Assembly: GCA_002633005.1 (NCBI GenBank)
Contig: NMRA01000001.1
Span: 3,331,695-3,395,694 of the forward strand
Reading direction: 5' to 3'
Length of the DNA: 64,000 nucleotides
Origin: Phoronis australis
Lineage: Eukaryota; Animalia; Phoronida
The translations under genes were made by a program, and so were the position numbers. How positions within the stretch are numbered: the stretch's first letter is position 1; each line of letters opens with the position of its first letter. The notes under the pieces were generated by a model that had not been told where the DNA came from, did not search any database, and worked only from the letters and a program-made list of their open reading frames with translations. Below, in pieces: positions 13,942 through 26,700 of the stretch.

Positions 13942-14101
13942 AACATGCGCGCACCCAGGGGGGGGGGGNAAAACGTGACAAAAAGTCCATTGAAAAGGCA
14001 CAGACACAGTTTTTGTTAGTCCTCCCGCTTTTTTGTCAGCAAAAGGTTCACATCGCCGGAAATTCGAGCACCCCATATTAAAGGCTGGGTGCGCGCATGT
14101 T
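13942..14101. mobile_element. MITE with 17-bp terminal inverted repeats
   Basis: AACATGCGCGCACCCAG ... CTGGGTGCGCGCATGTT, with an internal poly-G and an N. A related copy lies at 43591-43815. No clean TSD. Confidence 0.7.
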
Positions 14102-14192
14102 CTATATCAGTTTATTTTATACGTTTGGGGGTAGTGCAGTTCAGTTTCATAGAAGTGAGTTCGGTTTTATTTCAGAGACCAACACAAACAAG

Positions 14193-15089
14193 ATGGCAGA
14201 AATAGACATGAAACTTATTTATATCATAGCCGGATGCGTTGGTGCAGGAGCTTTTCTGGTAATCCTCATTTGCGTGTGCTTCTGCTTGTATAAAAGGAAG
14301 AGACGACGAGACAAAGAGCTTGGATTGTACACCAACTATCAACGTTCATCGCTGCGTTCAAACCACTCGCGGACCAGCCGTTCCAGTAGAGATACGCTAG
14401 ACGACTTGGACGACGTTGGATCAGGAACCCGGCATAACATTGTGAAGAACGCTGCCCGTCCTCCGACGCTGTCCGTCACAGACGGTTCCAGTTCCTCCGG
14501 AGACGGGGCGCAACAATCGACCAATCGAGTGCCGGAGACGAGGACCGTACCTAATCCTCATAAAACACAGCAAAGATCTGTTAGCGAAAGTGACGGACAA
14601 CCAAGGAAATACGGTGCATTGAAGGTTATATCGAAGTTGAAAGGGAGCAGGGAATCTTTGGATACGTTTTCCTCCATTACTTGTACGTCAGAGAAACCTC
14701 GTAGTTCCATGGCTAGTGCCGGTAGACAATCGTCGATCGAGGAGCTCTCCTCGATGCTGGATAAACCGCAGTATGCCAATGTTAAAGACAGTATTCAGCT
14801 CAAACCATCCACATTCTACACGCCACCTGACCGACTCAAGGGTTTGGCAATACCCGATGAAGTTCCCACGGCAGCAACATACGCCCCTGTAGGGAGCAAT
14901 GGAGAGGACAGGACCCATTTGCCCAACCCCAAAATGACAATACCACCGAGGCCTCCAAAGATAGGTCAGAAGGCAGCACCGTCTCAATCGAACCGTAATG
15001 AAGGACACGTGGGCCAAGTAGAAACGGACATTGACGACTATAGTCCAAAAAGTCAAATTAAACAGAATCTGATGGTGACTAATTTGTGA
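14193..15089 (+). CDS. uncharacterised 298-aa single-pass (type III-like) membrane protein with disordered Ser/Pro-rich cytoplasmic tail
   Basis: Long ORF with acceptor tttcag at 14175 and good-context ATG (AAGATGG). TM segment LIYIIAGCVGAGAFLVILICVCFCL is followed by KRKRRR. The C-terminus is VTNL. Confidence 0.85.
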   Translation: MAEIDMKLIYIIAGCVGAGAFLVILICVCFCLYKRKRRRDKELGLYTNYQRSSLRSNHSRTSRSSRDTLDDLDDVGSGTRHNIVKNAARPPTLSVTDGSSSSGDGAQQSTNRVPETRTVPNPHKTQQRSVSESDGQPRKYGALKVISKLKGSRESLDTFSSITCTSEKPRSSMASAGRQSSIEELSSMLDKPQYANVKDSIQLKPSTFYTPPDRLKGLAIPDEVPTAATYAPVGSNGEDRTHLPNPKMTIPPRPPKIGQKAAPSQSNRNEGHVGQVETDIDDYSPKSQIKQNLMVTNL

Positions 15090-17597
15090 GTGGCGCAATA
15101 ATAGCTGGTTAAAGAGAAGTGCTTTGAATGGAAACAGAACACTTTGACAGAAAGGTTTTTTAATGATTAATATATTGGTTATATTTTTAACTATATACAA
15201 ACAATTTATACTTTGTCATGATCTCTTATTTTTTACATGAAGATCTGTGACTATTTACATTAAAGTGCTTAAAATCACCAATTTCACATCAATGACACAA
15301 AAACAACCCACCAGTGGATCAGCTGTGAAATTAGAACACTTGCAAACACAATCTGACGAGATGTTAATTAGCCGATTTCCAGTTCCAAGCATTTACTGGT
15401 CAATACATACCACATAAATTTGGGACAGCCAATTACAGCACTTGTCATGGTACATTAAGTTTAGTGAGAAAAGTCGTCAGATATTGATGGCCATTTCCAT
15501 TTGGTTTATGGTATAAGGAAATAGCAAGGCATTGCGTTTGTGGTGGCTGTGAAAATTTAGTATTTGTCCACGCCGTGGCTCTCTTCACTTTTCTGGGGAA
15601 CATTGGAGAAGCCGGCCTCCCGTTCAGTAACGCTAGGACCTCGCTAAAAAGCAAGACTTCGCGAGATTACGTGAGATATTGCCGTGCATTTTAAATAAGA
15701 ACACATGACTTTGACTAGGTTTTAGCTAGGTCCTGGCGTAGGTCCTTGCGTCTACTGAACGCACGCCTGGATATGGCTCAAATTTGTACAAGAAACTTGC
15801 CAATTGGTGGACATGACACACTGCTGCTGGGTAGTTCATAGGTCACACTAATGTCCCTGGAGCTAAGAAACTTTTAATTAAAGTCGCCTTAACTTCTTTT
15901 GGTACATTGAATTCCTGATTGGGATAGGCAGTACAATGTAGTCACTTGTCAAAACAAGGTATATGGTGGTTTAAAGCACTTTAACGACATGGCTGAAATT
16001 GCAGCTCTATAATAGCCATTCATAAGAACAGAAAATAGTATAATTACAGACACAATTTTTATACAAAATTTTTTTAAAATTTTTAGAAAAAAAATCGATT
16101 GGGCTGTATCATTTGACTGAGCTAAGAATATATAATCGTCAAATAGCAGCCTCAAATCAACTAATTACCTATATCAACTGAAGCAAAATGTTCAAATTGA
16201 GATGTAACTTACAGGTGCCAAAATTCAAAACCACACGCTCACTGTCACCCTAATCCTAAGCCATTGCACTAAATATCAAAAAACATTTTTTGTCAGTCCA
16301 GCTACCTTAAATGTTACAAAACGGATTTGGGAATCATTCCCTAGCATCTGAATATATTACATGAGCACACACTCTCAACAGTTTACACTGGTAGTGAACG
16401 ATGTGCCACCATGTTGGGCAGGCGATTTGTCCGAGACCACTACTTCATTTTTTCATGCAGTCGCAGGATGATCAAACACACTGTGTGGGGCGTATGTTAT
16501 GAATGCCATGAACTTAGCACTGCAGCTGAAACTTTAGCACACAATCCTGTGTGATCTGTGCTACAAGTAACCAAGTGATTCAGTTTAGAACTTACATGGG
16601 TATCCACCATGTCATTGGTGAAACTATTCTATTTGGCTTCCACAATACACCTTCTCTATAACTTGCAGTCACCCCATAAATGAGCTCCAACCACCCCTAA
16701 ACCGATACTTCAGTGTTTCTTCATTTTCGGCAAAACCGAAACGAAAACAAAAGGATCAATCGATACAAAAACAAACTTATGAAATCAGACCCAACTCGAA
16801 CTTTCAGACCACCAAGACTAAGAAATAATGCGTACCAAAACAAAGGAAATTCTTCCTCATGTAACCATGTCTGGAAATACTGCATATCCTGGAACAACTT
16901 CATTTACCGGTATTGTTTGTCTACTCCAAAGTAGGATGTGAATTTGTAGACTGTTGTTACCGACTGAGTTTGGTTTCCACAAAACAGAATCTCGTAAGAG
17001 GTCAGAAAATACAACCTAAAACGCCCCACACAACACATCTTGCTATCCTGCGTACAAAGGGCTGTGATATGATGCACCAACATACAGTAACAAAAAATTT
17101 AGGTACAAAATATTGAATGAGCCGGAACGATGCGTGTGCATTGAACTGTTGCCAAACAAAATGTACACAAGCATGCAGGGAATAGAACCCTATTACATAT
17201 CAACCAATACTTGACAAGATGTAGCCATGAAATTTAACATTTGAGTACAAAATATAAAAAGTTATATAGTAGTCAGACTCTTAAATTGCACAATAAAGAA
17301 GTTCCAAGTTCGTTGGCTTACTGCTTCCGCTGTCATACATCCAACACTTCATTTCGTGGATCCAAGAAACTCCCAAAACACAAGATCGTGCAAGACTTTG
17401 CAAGATATTTCCATGCATTATTAGCATAGCATGCGATCACACTAGCTTTATTCACAAAATTCTTAGCTCTACAGAATGCAACCCTGGTTTCACATCACGC
17501 ATGCTATTAATAGAATGAAGAAACATGCCACTTCACATGTTCGCTTTCTTGCAGCTGCAGTATGTGCTGCACCGATTAGTAACTTCCTGCTTTTCAA

Positions 17598-17719
17598 CTA
17601 ACTTCTTCTGGCAGTTTTGGACTCCACTATTTTGCTCTTCAGGCGACGACGCTTAAGGGCCTCCTGTTTCTTTTTCTCGATCTCTTCAGGGGTACACTGT
17701 TGGCTGAGGCTTGGTTGAG
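17598..17719 (-). CDS. ETAA1: ETAA1-like last exon, RPA32C-binding motif
   Basis: Hand translation QPSLSQQCTPEEIEKKKQEALKRRRLKSKIVESKTARRS* matches the ETAA1 C-terminal SPEEIQRKRQEALVRR-type motif. Acceptor ttttcag, phase 1. Confidence 0.85.
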
Positions 17720-18628
17720 CTGAAAACAATTGGAACAATTCAGAATGTATCAAGGCACAATCTCACCAACTTAGGGCATAATATGGTAGACAAGCGAAGT
17801 TTCATTTTCTAATTTTTTCACAAGATATGTGGCATCAAATTAATGGTCTACCAGGTTCATTCTGTACAACCAAAAAATATTTGGAAAACTGTGGGCACCG
17901 AAATTGATGCGATTTTACTGCAACTACCATTTTTAATTGAAAATGAATAAGAATACCCACAAGAAATTGATAGACAGCAGTGATAATAACCTCTAACCCA
18001 AACTTCCACCTTCACATTGGAATAAATCAATGAATGAACTCCATTCGGATAACGGGCAGCTTTTTAAAATTATAAACGTGTTAAAAGCTTTTAAATGTGT
18101 TCTAGACCGCGCAACCGTTCAGATAAAACTGACATAGCTATTAAGACAAATCTTAAACGCAAGTCAATTTTAAGGTAAAACTTATTAAGTAAGTCTTTAA
18201 TCCGTTCCAAGGAAATGATCTTAACTTAAGTCTTTGACTACAGTTTTGTGTTGAATATGACGCAACTTTTACAATACTCTGTAACCGTCGTCAAGCCTCA
18301 AAAGTAAGCAACAAGTTTTGAAAACTCCTCACAAAATCTGCTAAGCAGATTAGCTTGACCTAAGCTTCAGGAAAGTTCCACGACAACTGTAGGGAAATAC
18401 CACAAATCAAGAACAGTATCTATTCTGCACACAAAGCATAAGTTTTTACCTGAATTCTGCTTTTACACTCAAGTGAGATGCCAATAAGGCATCAGGAAAC
18501 AGAACAAGGATTGACTGAAATCACCAAAATGGGGTTTAGCATCCCTTTAAGAAATTGAACAACACAACAAAGACTTGGAATATTTCCATGTACACAAATG
18601 GCTGCAATATTCTGACAGCACTTCTCAC

Positions 18629-20077
18629 CTGCACTCTTGGGTTGAGTCACTCCTTTGGTGTCATGAATAGTAGGGACTCTGCCTGGTAAACCATAGACTT
18701 TGTCTGCCTGTAGACTGGACACTTTCTGATTCGTACTCTCAACTGAACTGCCAACAGCCATCTTGGACTGTACAGGACAAGGTGCCAGCTTCTTGAACAC
18801 AAAATTACTGTTTTTCTGCGTCGACGTGGTACAACTGGCAATGACGTTAGAATTGTTTGCATTGGTGGTTTGTGATTTAACAGGGACGACATTTGACTTG
18901 ATTATACCAGTACATGAAGACAGAGACTGATGAGTCTTATCACTAGCTAAATTGATACGATTTTGGTTTCTGGCAACAGCCCTGGTGACAGGCTTATCAA
19001 ATGTCTGTGATTTCTGTGAAAGCGATGAAGATCCCAAGCCCTGTAAACTATTAGATTTGTCCTCTTTCCTGGATGGTACAGACAGTGTAGTTGGTTGGCT
19101 TGGGCAGACTACATTATCCAGAAAATCATCTGGCTCCAATAACTGAGACAGTACTTCATCCGAAAGACTATTGTCCCAGTCAGGCGTATCATTTCTTTCC
19201 GAGCACGTAACAGTACCTAAACTAGGAGCAGTTTTCGACACATCACCAGGCACAATTTTGCCCAAGTTTTGCACACTCTTCGAAGACTTGTGCGACCTCA
19301 CCAGGCCACTACTGCTGCGTGTAGTCATCACGCTAGCAGTGCTGGTCACTACAGAACTACACGAGCTGTACAGAGCGGGAGCTGGCAATGGTCTCATCTG
19401 CAGAACAGTGCGTGCAGAGCAAGTACCATTGGTGGAATTCGATGATTTGTATGATGAGGAAACGTGCACCCGTGTCTGCGTTGATGATTTGGTCAAATGA
19501 TCTGCTGGCTTGGTATAGACTCCAGCCTTACTTGAAGAGGTCACAAATGTAGCTGCTGGTTTTACTTGAGCTGCTCCATAATTTGAATACTGCTTGGTAG
19601 ATGGCACTTTGAAGGGCAGTGCTGGTGCCAGAGCCTGTGAACGCCCTGTGGTTAGTTTCCCAGAAGATGAGCTGTTTTGAATCACAGAGGGTTTTGTAGC
19701 CGTACACACGTACTCAGGGCTGGACCTGGGCCCTGATGCTGACGAGCTAACCCCCGAGAGACCAGTAAATTTCTTGTTTGAGGCCCCGGCAGAGGTGGTC
19801 TTGGGCAGTGGCACAGCGCAGGGACTCTGCATGGCTGGTATCTGGGTGGCCTGGTAGATGAAGGAACTGTCATTGAATAGATCGTCGCCATCGGCCCACG
19901 AATCGTCAATGTCTGAGCTGCGACCAGACTCCCTGCCACGAACACTAGTGAACTGCATACTATCTGGCACAGGCCTGGATTCCTGACCGGAAGACTCTTT
20001 TCCACTGTCTTCGTTGTCAGAGAATAGTTCAGTCACCGAATTATTGTCTTTGCCCTTGTCAGCCTTACTAGTCGTAT
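18629..20077 (-). CDS. ETAA1: ETAA1-like large disordered exon
   Basis: Acceptor gtttcag, donor G|gtgag. Ser/Thr-rich with acidic-aromatic motifs (DDSWADGDDLFNDSSFIYQATQ, DWDNSLSDEVLSQ), as in the large central ETAA1 exon. Confidence 0.85.
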
Positions 20078-21171
20078 CTGAAACTTTATAAAAATCCAGG
20101 CTCAGAAATGAAAATGTAGCCTTTCATAAAGTATTTTTAGAAGATCTCTGCGAAATTAGCTTTAGACCTAAAAGTAACCCCAAAATAAAACCAAAAGTAA
20201 TAACAGCACTGCCATAGTTTCTAGAAACTCTGCTACTTCATGAAAATCTATGACAAACCCAATCTGCTGTGACAAACCCAATCTGCTGTGACAAACCTAC
20301 ATGCAAATCTCATTTAGCTACATTTCTATTCAGTATGTAAAAGAAGGAATGTTCATGGAAACGTGAGATGTTCATTGATTGTGCAAAAATATGGCGTCAT
20401 TGAGTCTATTGATTGAAGAGTAGGGTGAACGAACAACACATTTAACAAATGACTAGAATAAAGGCAATGCCTTGAAATCCATCCAAGACTGCTCAGCAAA
20501 GGGTATGCTTCACAAAGATCCACCAAATGGTTTAGGAGATACAGCTGCAGACAAAAAAACAAAACTGCAACTAGAAGGCATCCCAAAATCTACGTTAGTT
20601 GTGGTCTTCTTAGCAGGAAGACATCCGCCAATTTTCAAACGATTCTTTAAGCAGTTTATTTGGCTGACACCAAAAAATATTTGAACAAAAAAATGCCACT
20701 AGATGATACAAAATATATGGAATACGTACGAAAATGAATAAGAGACCGTTAACAGAAACTCTCCTCCAAAATTCATGAAAACCCATCGAGAAATTCAGAA
20801 GACACAGAGGCAAATGTAAAAACTCAAACCGCCACCGGAAGGGCAAAGCAGTTGTCAGAAAGTAATAGTCATCTATTGTCAGCCTCATAGGAACAGATTT
20901 GCCAAATTACATGAAGATGCAGCCAGGGGTTTAGGATAAACAGGTGCAAATGTCGGAAATCCAACATTGCATGCCCTGACAATGACAACCTGCGACCTCA
21001 CATAAATATGCGGGCACATAAAAAGGAACGAGATCATACCACCTATAACACCAGTGTTATGGCTGCACAAAGCGGAAAACTATAAAGTGTATTTTTCTTA
21101 ATACTCCTTTTTAAGTTATCACTGAACAAAGTAACGTTTCCAAGTGTACAATGTTACAGGTGACTACATAC

Positions 21172-21266
21172 CATTATTTTGCCTGAGGATGGCAGCAGTG
21201 AGCTGATCAAAGAGTTGAGAGTCAACGACTGGAACTTTAACAGACATCTTCTTCCTTGCACGATTT
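21172..21266 (-). CDS. ETAA1: ETAA1-like internal exon
   Basis: Acceptor gtttcag, donor G|gtatgt. Encodes NRARKKMSVKVPVVDSQLFDQLTAAILRQNN. Phases (2 to 1) join both neighbouring exons. Confidence 0.7.
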
Positions 21267-21393
21267 CTGAAACGGCACATTCACAAATAACGTATGAATA
21301 TGAACAGCAATTACAACTAATTTCTTTATCATTTTTTCCTTTGAAGTTTTGATGAAAAATATAATATGGACATCTAATAAAGAGAAGACTCAC

Positions 21394-21500
21394 TTGTTCT
21401 TATGAGGTCGTAGACTCTTCTTCTGTCGGATCCCTTCCCTCTCCCTGTCCAGCCAGAGGCCCAGAAGAGGGGGCGTGGTTGGTCGTAGGACATCGCTCTC
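21394..21500 (-). CDS. ETAA1: ETAA1-like internal exon
   Basis: Acceptor gtttcag, donor AA|gtgagt. Encodes ESDVLRPTTPPLLGLWLDRE, similar to the ETAA1 LDMWIG motif. Confidence 0.75.
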
Positions 21501-22530
21501 CTGAAACAATTGAATGACAACATTGATGACAGCCATACAGTACATCACACAGGGTAGGATGTTGAGACAACAAGAATGGGAGACTTTCAGGAACAATGGG
21601 GGCTGATCACGTGAGAACGCTGATTCATATCGCCACCTAGGTGTACCAGGAGTTACTTTACCTTCAAACTGGGTGGCAAGAGAACAGCTTCACTTTGTGA
21701 AATGACCCTTTTACTGTGTATGTGAATAGATGTGACATGTTTTAAACAACAGTTATGGAGAGCCTACTCCTTCTCTAGAGGCCACTGGTAACTGAACCGA
21801 CGTGATCAGTTGCCAAGTTCCTATTGAAAGTCTCCCATTATTGTCACTACAGTTACTGGGCAACAAATGGTTCTAGTCAATGGGTCGTAGCTGGTAGTGA
21901 ATGAACCTATTGCTGGACTTACTAGATGAGACAGGCAAGTAATGAATTCATCATCGATATGTTCATTGGCACAACACACACTGGTCACAGCTGTAACCAA
22001 ATGAACACTGGTGCCTTGCGGAAGAGTCGAAATACCACCTTGTAACAATTTGAGATAATTCACAAAGAATCCATTCAAAAGAAAAATATTCTGACCTAAC
22101 CAGCGAAGTTTGGAGCAAATCCATATTTCAGACTAATTTGAGGGCATTTTTAGGGAACCCTATTTAAAAAGTCATAATCAGATCCCCAGAGATGTCTTGA
22201 GCCAGCTGTCACATGATCACAGCTGTGCTAGTCATTGTTCAGTAATTCAGTCATCCAGTAGAACGCAATGTGTGAGCTTTCATCATAAAGGAAAGTATAA
22301 GAACAGATCTAGCTGACACATTCAGCTCTACAACTTAATGCATTAGATAATGGATAAATGTTATTCAGGCAAAAATGTGAATTTGAATATTTAAGTTATT
22401 TAAGCAAAAAAAAATAACAAACACAAGAATTGTATCCTTGTACCCTTCAAAACAATTCTTTGTAAAATCAGCTGTCCAAAGACGGTTTTGAAAACAACGT
22501 ACACCCTGTAAGGATCAAACTAATGTGTAC

Positions 22531-22589
22531 CTCTGTTGCCAAAATCTTCACAAGATCTGCAATGTTTTCTCCAGACTTGCCATTTTTGA
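22531..22589 (-). CDS. ETAA1: ETAA1-like 59-bp exon
   Basis: Acceptor tttacag, donor GAG|gtac. Encodes KNGKSGENIADLVKILATE, similar to ETAA1 EISHIVNRIAP. Second copy at 27030-27088. Confidence 0.7.
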
Positions 22590-23488
22590 CTGTAAATAAG
22601 AAATTGAAATTCAGAAATTAATAACATGCACATCGTATATAGGCATATAAAACACAGATTGGAGACCTTTTGTACAACGGAATAAACATTGACTTAAAAC
22701 TGTCTCAAAAGACACCTTGCACCAAAAATGACCTCTACATTAGATCACTTCCATTAACTTGTTCTTCACTTAGATTAGAAATGACAGCAGGATTTGTGAA
22801 GAGACCATGCTCGTGGCTTGTCTTGTCAGACCATCAGCATAATCTCAAGTAACAGCAAACAGGCAGTGAAAATAGACTAAATTTGTTAATATTGCTATGA
22901 ACACTCATTCTGCCAAACAAGACTACCTTTTGATATCCACCATAATCATTATAAAACTGGTTTTAATATATTCATTTAGAGGGCTTGATTTTAATTTAGT
23001 GACCTGCACGTCCCATGGTCGCCAATGTGACCTTAGTTTTTGTTCAGAGAACTGATAAAATTCCGAGCTGCCACAATTGTGCACACATACTACAGATGGG
23101 ACTTGGATTTATACACCTAAAATCAGAAGGGTCTGGTCTTGACACATGCAGACTGTTTACATGTTCTGAACATCTACCTCCACACTCGGTTGTTTTCAGG
23201 TGTTCGGGTGGACATTTGTGCACTTGCCTAGATTGTTGACACTGGTGTTTCGATTTTTAATTTTAGACTGATGCTGCATATTATATGTCATCTGTAGAAG
23301 CCACAGCTTGCACCCAGCCCCTACATGCAGGGGTTCCTTGATTTGAAAATCTTGCAATGTTCACAAAAAACACATTATCCAGTGAGAGAAGCCATAAGCT
23401 AATTGAAGGTTCTATTGCATGTAATGATCAACTACATGAAACAAGAACAACACACAATTGCCTAAGGTGTTGAAACAGCAGCCTGTAC

Positions 23489-23731
23489 CTATTTTGATTT
23501 GCCTCAGTGCATCAGGAGATTCGCAGTCCCAGGCGATATCAGCTTGTGAGTCAGTCTGAGACAACAGGAAGAACTCTTCTCTACGCGGAGTTTGAAAACG
23601 TTTTCCTGGCTCTATTGCAGACCGAGACTTTGTCTTGGGTGTTGATTGGTTGCTAGGGTTCCTTGGAGACAACAATGCTGGACTAGTACACAGTGACCGG
23701 GCCTCTGGTGACTTGTTGTGTCCATTCTTTA
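23489..23731 (-). CDS. ETAA1: ETAA1-like exon with ATR-activation-domain core
   Basis: FQTPRR...DIAWDCESP matches ETAA1 YETPKR...IFWDQNSP, including the essential Trp. Acceptor ttgcag, donor G|gtac. The upstream start exon was not resolved. Confidence 0.8.
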
Positions 23732-26700
23732 CTGCAACATAATGAATTTATCTGAATGCATTTATAAATTATGCCGAGTGCCACGACATTATTAGACAAG
23801 CTTTGGTGTTCAAAACACCAACTTTCCTTATAGGCCTACTTGCTCTTCCAAAGAAGGCTGGCATCACATTTTTATGTGTCAAGATACTTACGCATAGGTG
23901 CATTATGTCATTGTCTGTCCGTCTGGCATATGCTGCTGTATCTCCAAAACCCCTGCATAGATGTTCATGAAATTTTGCAGATATTTCTTGTGCAGGAAGC
24001 ACGAACAAAACGGAAAATGATTATTTATAATCTAGGTACGTTTTTAAACTATCGTGTAGTGAGACGGCTTTGCCATATGCTACTAGTAGCTTGCGCAGTG
24101 TTGCACATTTCATCACATTTCTTTGAAAACTGCCATTTGCAAAAACTGCAAAAAAAGCCAGCACATGTGGTTTGTGAGTAACATCGGCTTGTGACTGAAG
24201 TGATCTTGAGATCAAGCGGAAATCTCAAGTTAAAGAGCAGCAGACAAGGCAACACGTAGCCCCTCGGTTGCCTGGTTAGGGGCTACAATACTTCCTATCA
24301 CTTTCTGTACGAATTTTGTCCCCTGAATTTTAAACCTGCGGTAGGCCCAATCCGGCCAGAGATTAGGAGTTTTCACCTCGTCAAAAATACAGTCCACACT
24401 TAAAGCTATCACTTAAAAAAGTGCTTACTTTCTTCAGAAGCCCTTTCTACTTCTATACATATCTTCGATGAAGCTTAGTTATGAGAATTAAGGAGACTTT
24501 GGTGAAGAATTCAAACTCCACTTTTATGGTCACCGTTAATTTTTTCACCACGTGCGTGATAACCACAAAGTCATCACTGAGTCACGTGAGTTAGGCAAAG
24601 GCTAGCGCGAGACTGGGCGAAGTGCGTGACGCTAGCGCGTGACACTTGCAAAATAGCATGGGAAGATATCAGGTGAAATTTGAAAGATTTGTGTCCCTTG
24701 GACTTTTTATTCATCAACATGCGTGATTTCACGTAACTTCCTTAAGAAATGGCACCCAGTAAGAGAAAGTCAAGCAAACCACGACAGATTTTCGTCAATT
24801 TATTCAAATTATACACCGGTGACCTAAAGTCGTGAATATAAGCATAATAAGCAGTTGATTGTCATACTACCCAATGTCCGTTTGCAACTGCTCATGTGAT
24901 GTCATGGACATATGTCAGCCTTCACAACTATATGTTTTTTTGACAATCTTAATCCTTGTTTATATCCGTAAGCAGAGTTTTAAAACAGTCGCCATTCCAT
25001 TGGGTTCCCGAGTATACTGGGGAGCCCAATGGTCGTCCGCCTAAGCATAAAACCGACTTGCTGTTGTACTCACCGAATTATTCCACTTCAAAGTTATGAT
25101 CTGAATAGGATTCGATTTAACTCTCACAGATATACCGCATTCATCGATTCGGAAGTTTTCTTTAATTTGTGCCGAGTTATTTCAAATGTGCACTGCCTTC
25201 GGCAGCCATTTTATTGTGACACCTAAGTTCGTCATATGCTGCCCCCTTTTGTAAAAACTGAGAAACATGCAGAAAAAGGCCANNNNNNNNNNNNNNNNNN
25301 NNNNNNNNNNNNNNNNNNNNNNNNNNNNNNNNNNNNNNNNNNNNNNNNNNNNNNNNNNNNNNNNNNNNNNNNNNNNNNNNNNNNNNNNNNNNNNNNNNNN
25401 NNNNNNNNNNNNNNNNNNNNNNNNNNNNNNNNNNNNNNNNNNNNNNNNNNNNNNNNNNNNNNNNNNNNNNNNNNNNNNNNNNNNNNNNNNNNNNNNNNNN
25501 NNNNNNNNNNNNNNNNNNNNNNNNNNNNNNNNNNNNNNNNNNNNNNNNNNNNNNNNNNNNNNNNNNNNNNNNNNNNNNNNNNNNNNNNNNNNNNNNNNNN
25601 NNNNNNNNNNNNNNNNNNNNNNNNNNNNNNNNNNNNNNNNNNNNNNNNNNNNNNNNNNNNNNNNNNNNNNNNNNNNNNNNNNNNNNNNNNNNNNNNNNNN
25701 NNNNNNNNNNNNNNNNNNNNNNNNNNNNNNNNNNNNNNNNNNNNNNNNNNNNNNNNNNNNNNNNNNNNNNNNNNNNNNNNNNNNNNNNNNNNNNNNNNNN
25801 NNNNNNNNNNNNNNNNNNNNNNNNNNNNNNNNNNNNNNNNNNNNNNNNNNNNNNNNNNNNNNNNNNNNNNNNNNNNNNNNNNNNNNNNNNNNNNNNNNNN
25901 NNNNNNNNNNNNNNNNNNNNNNNNNNNNNNNNNNNNNNNNNNNNNNNNNNNNNNNNNNNNNNGAGGGGGCGTGGTTGGCCGTAGGACATCGCTCTCCTGA
26001 AACAATTGAATGACAACATTGATGACAGCCATACAGTACATCACACAGGGTAGGATGTTGAGACAAGCAGAATGGGAGACTTTCAGGAACAATGGGGGCT
26101 GATCACGTGAGAATGCTGACTCATATCGCTACCTAGGTGTACCAGGAGTTACTTTACCTTCACATTGGGTGGCACAAGAGAACAGCTTCACTTTGTGAAA
26201 TGACCCTTTTACTGTGTATGTGAATAGATGTGACATGTTTTAAACAACAGTTATGGAGAGCCTACTCCTTCTCTAGAGGCCACTGGTAACTGGTCCGACG
26301 TGATCAGTTGCCAAGTTGCTATTGAAAGTCTCCCATTATTGTCACTGCAGTTACTGGGCAACAAATGGTTCTAGTCAATGGGTCGTAGCTGGTAGTGAAT
26401 GCTGGACTTACTAGATGAGACAGACAAGTAATGAATTCATCATCGATATGTTCATTGGCACAATACACACTGGTAACAGCTGTAACCAAATGAACACTGG
26501 TGCCTTGCGAAAGAGTCGAAATACCCCCTTGTAACAATTTGAGATAATTCATGAACAAGAATCCATTCAAAAGAAAAATATTCTGACCTAACCAGAGAAG
26601 TTTGGAGCAAATCCATATTTCAGACTAATTTGTGGGCATTTTTAGGGAACCCTGTTTAAAAAGTCATAATCAGATCTCCAGAGATGTCTTGAGCCAGCTG

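Noticed and set aside
18647-20005. Overlapping alternative-frame and antisense ORFs inside the ETAA1 large exon (also 14339-15200 and 7759-8091)
   Set aside because: Shadow ORFs of real coding exons, with no motifs or splice support.
25177-26092. Long ORFs (250-300 aa) in the ORF track here and at 29686-30594 and 49921-50607
   Set aside because: They consist of X residues read through N-gaps.
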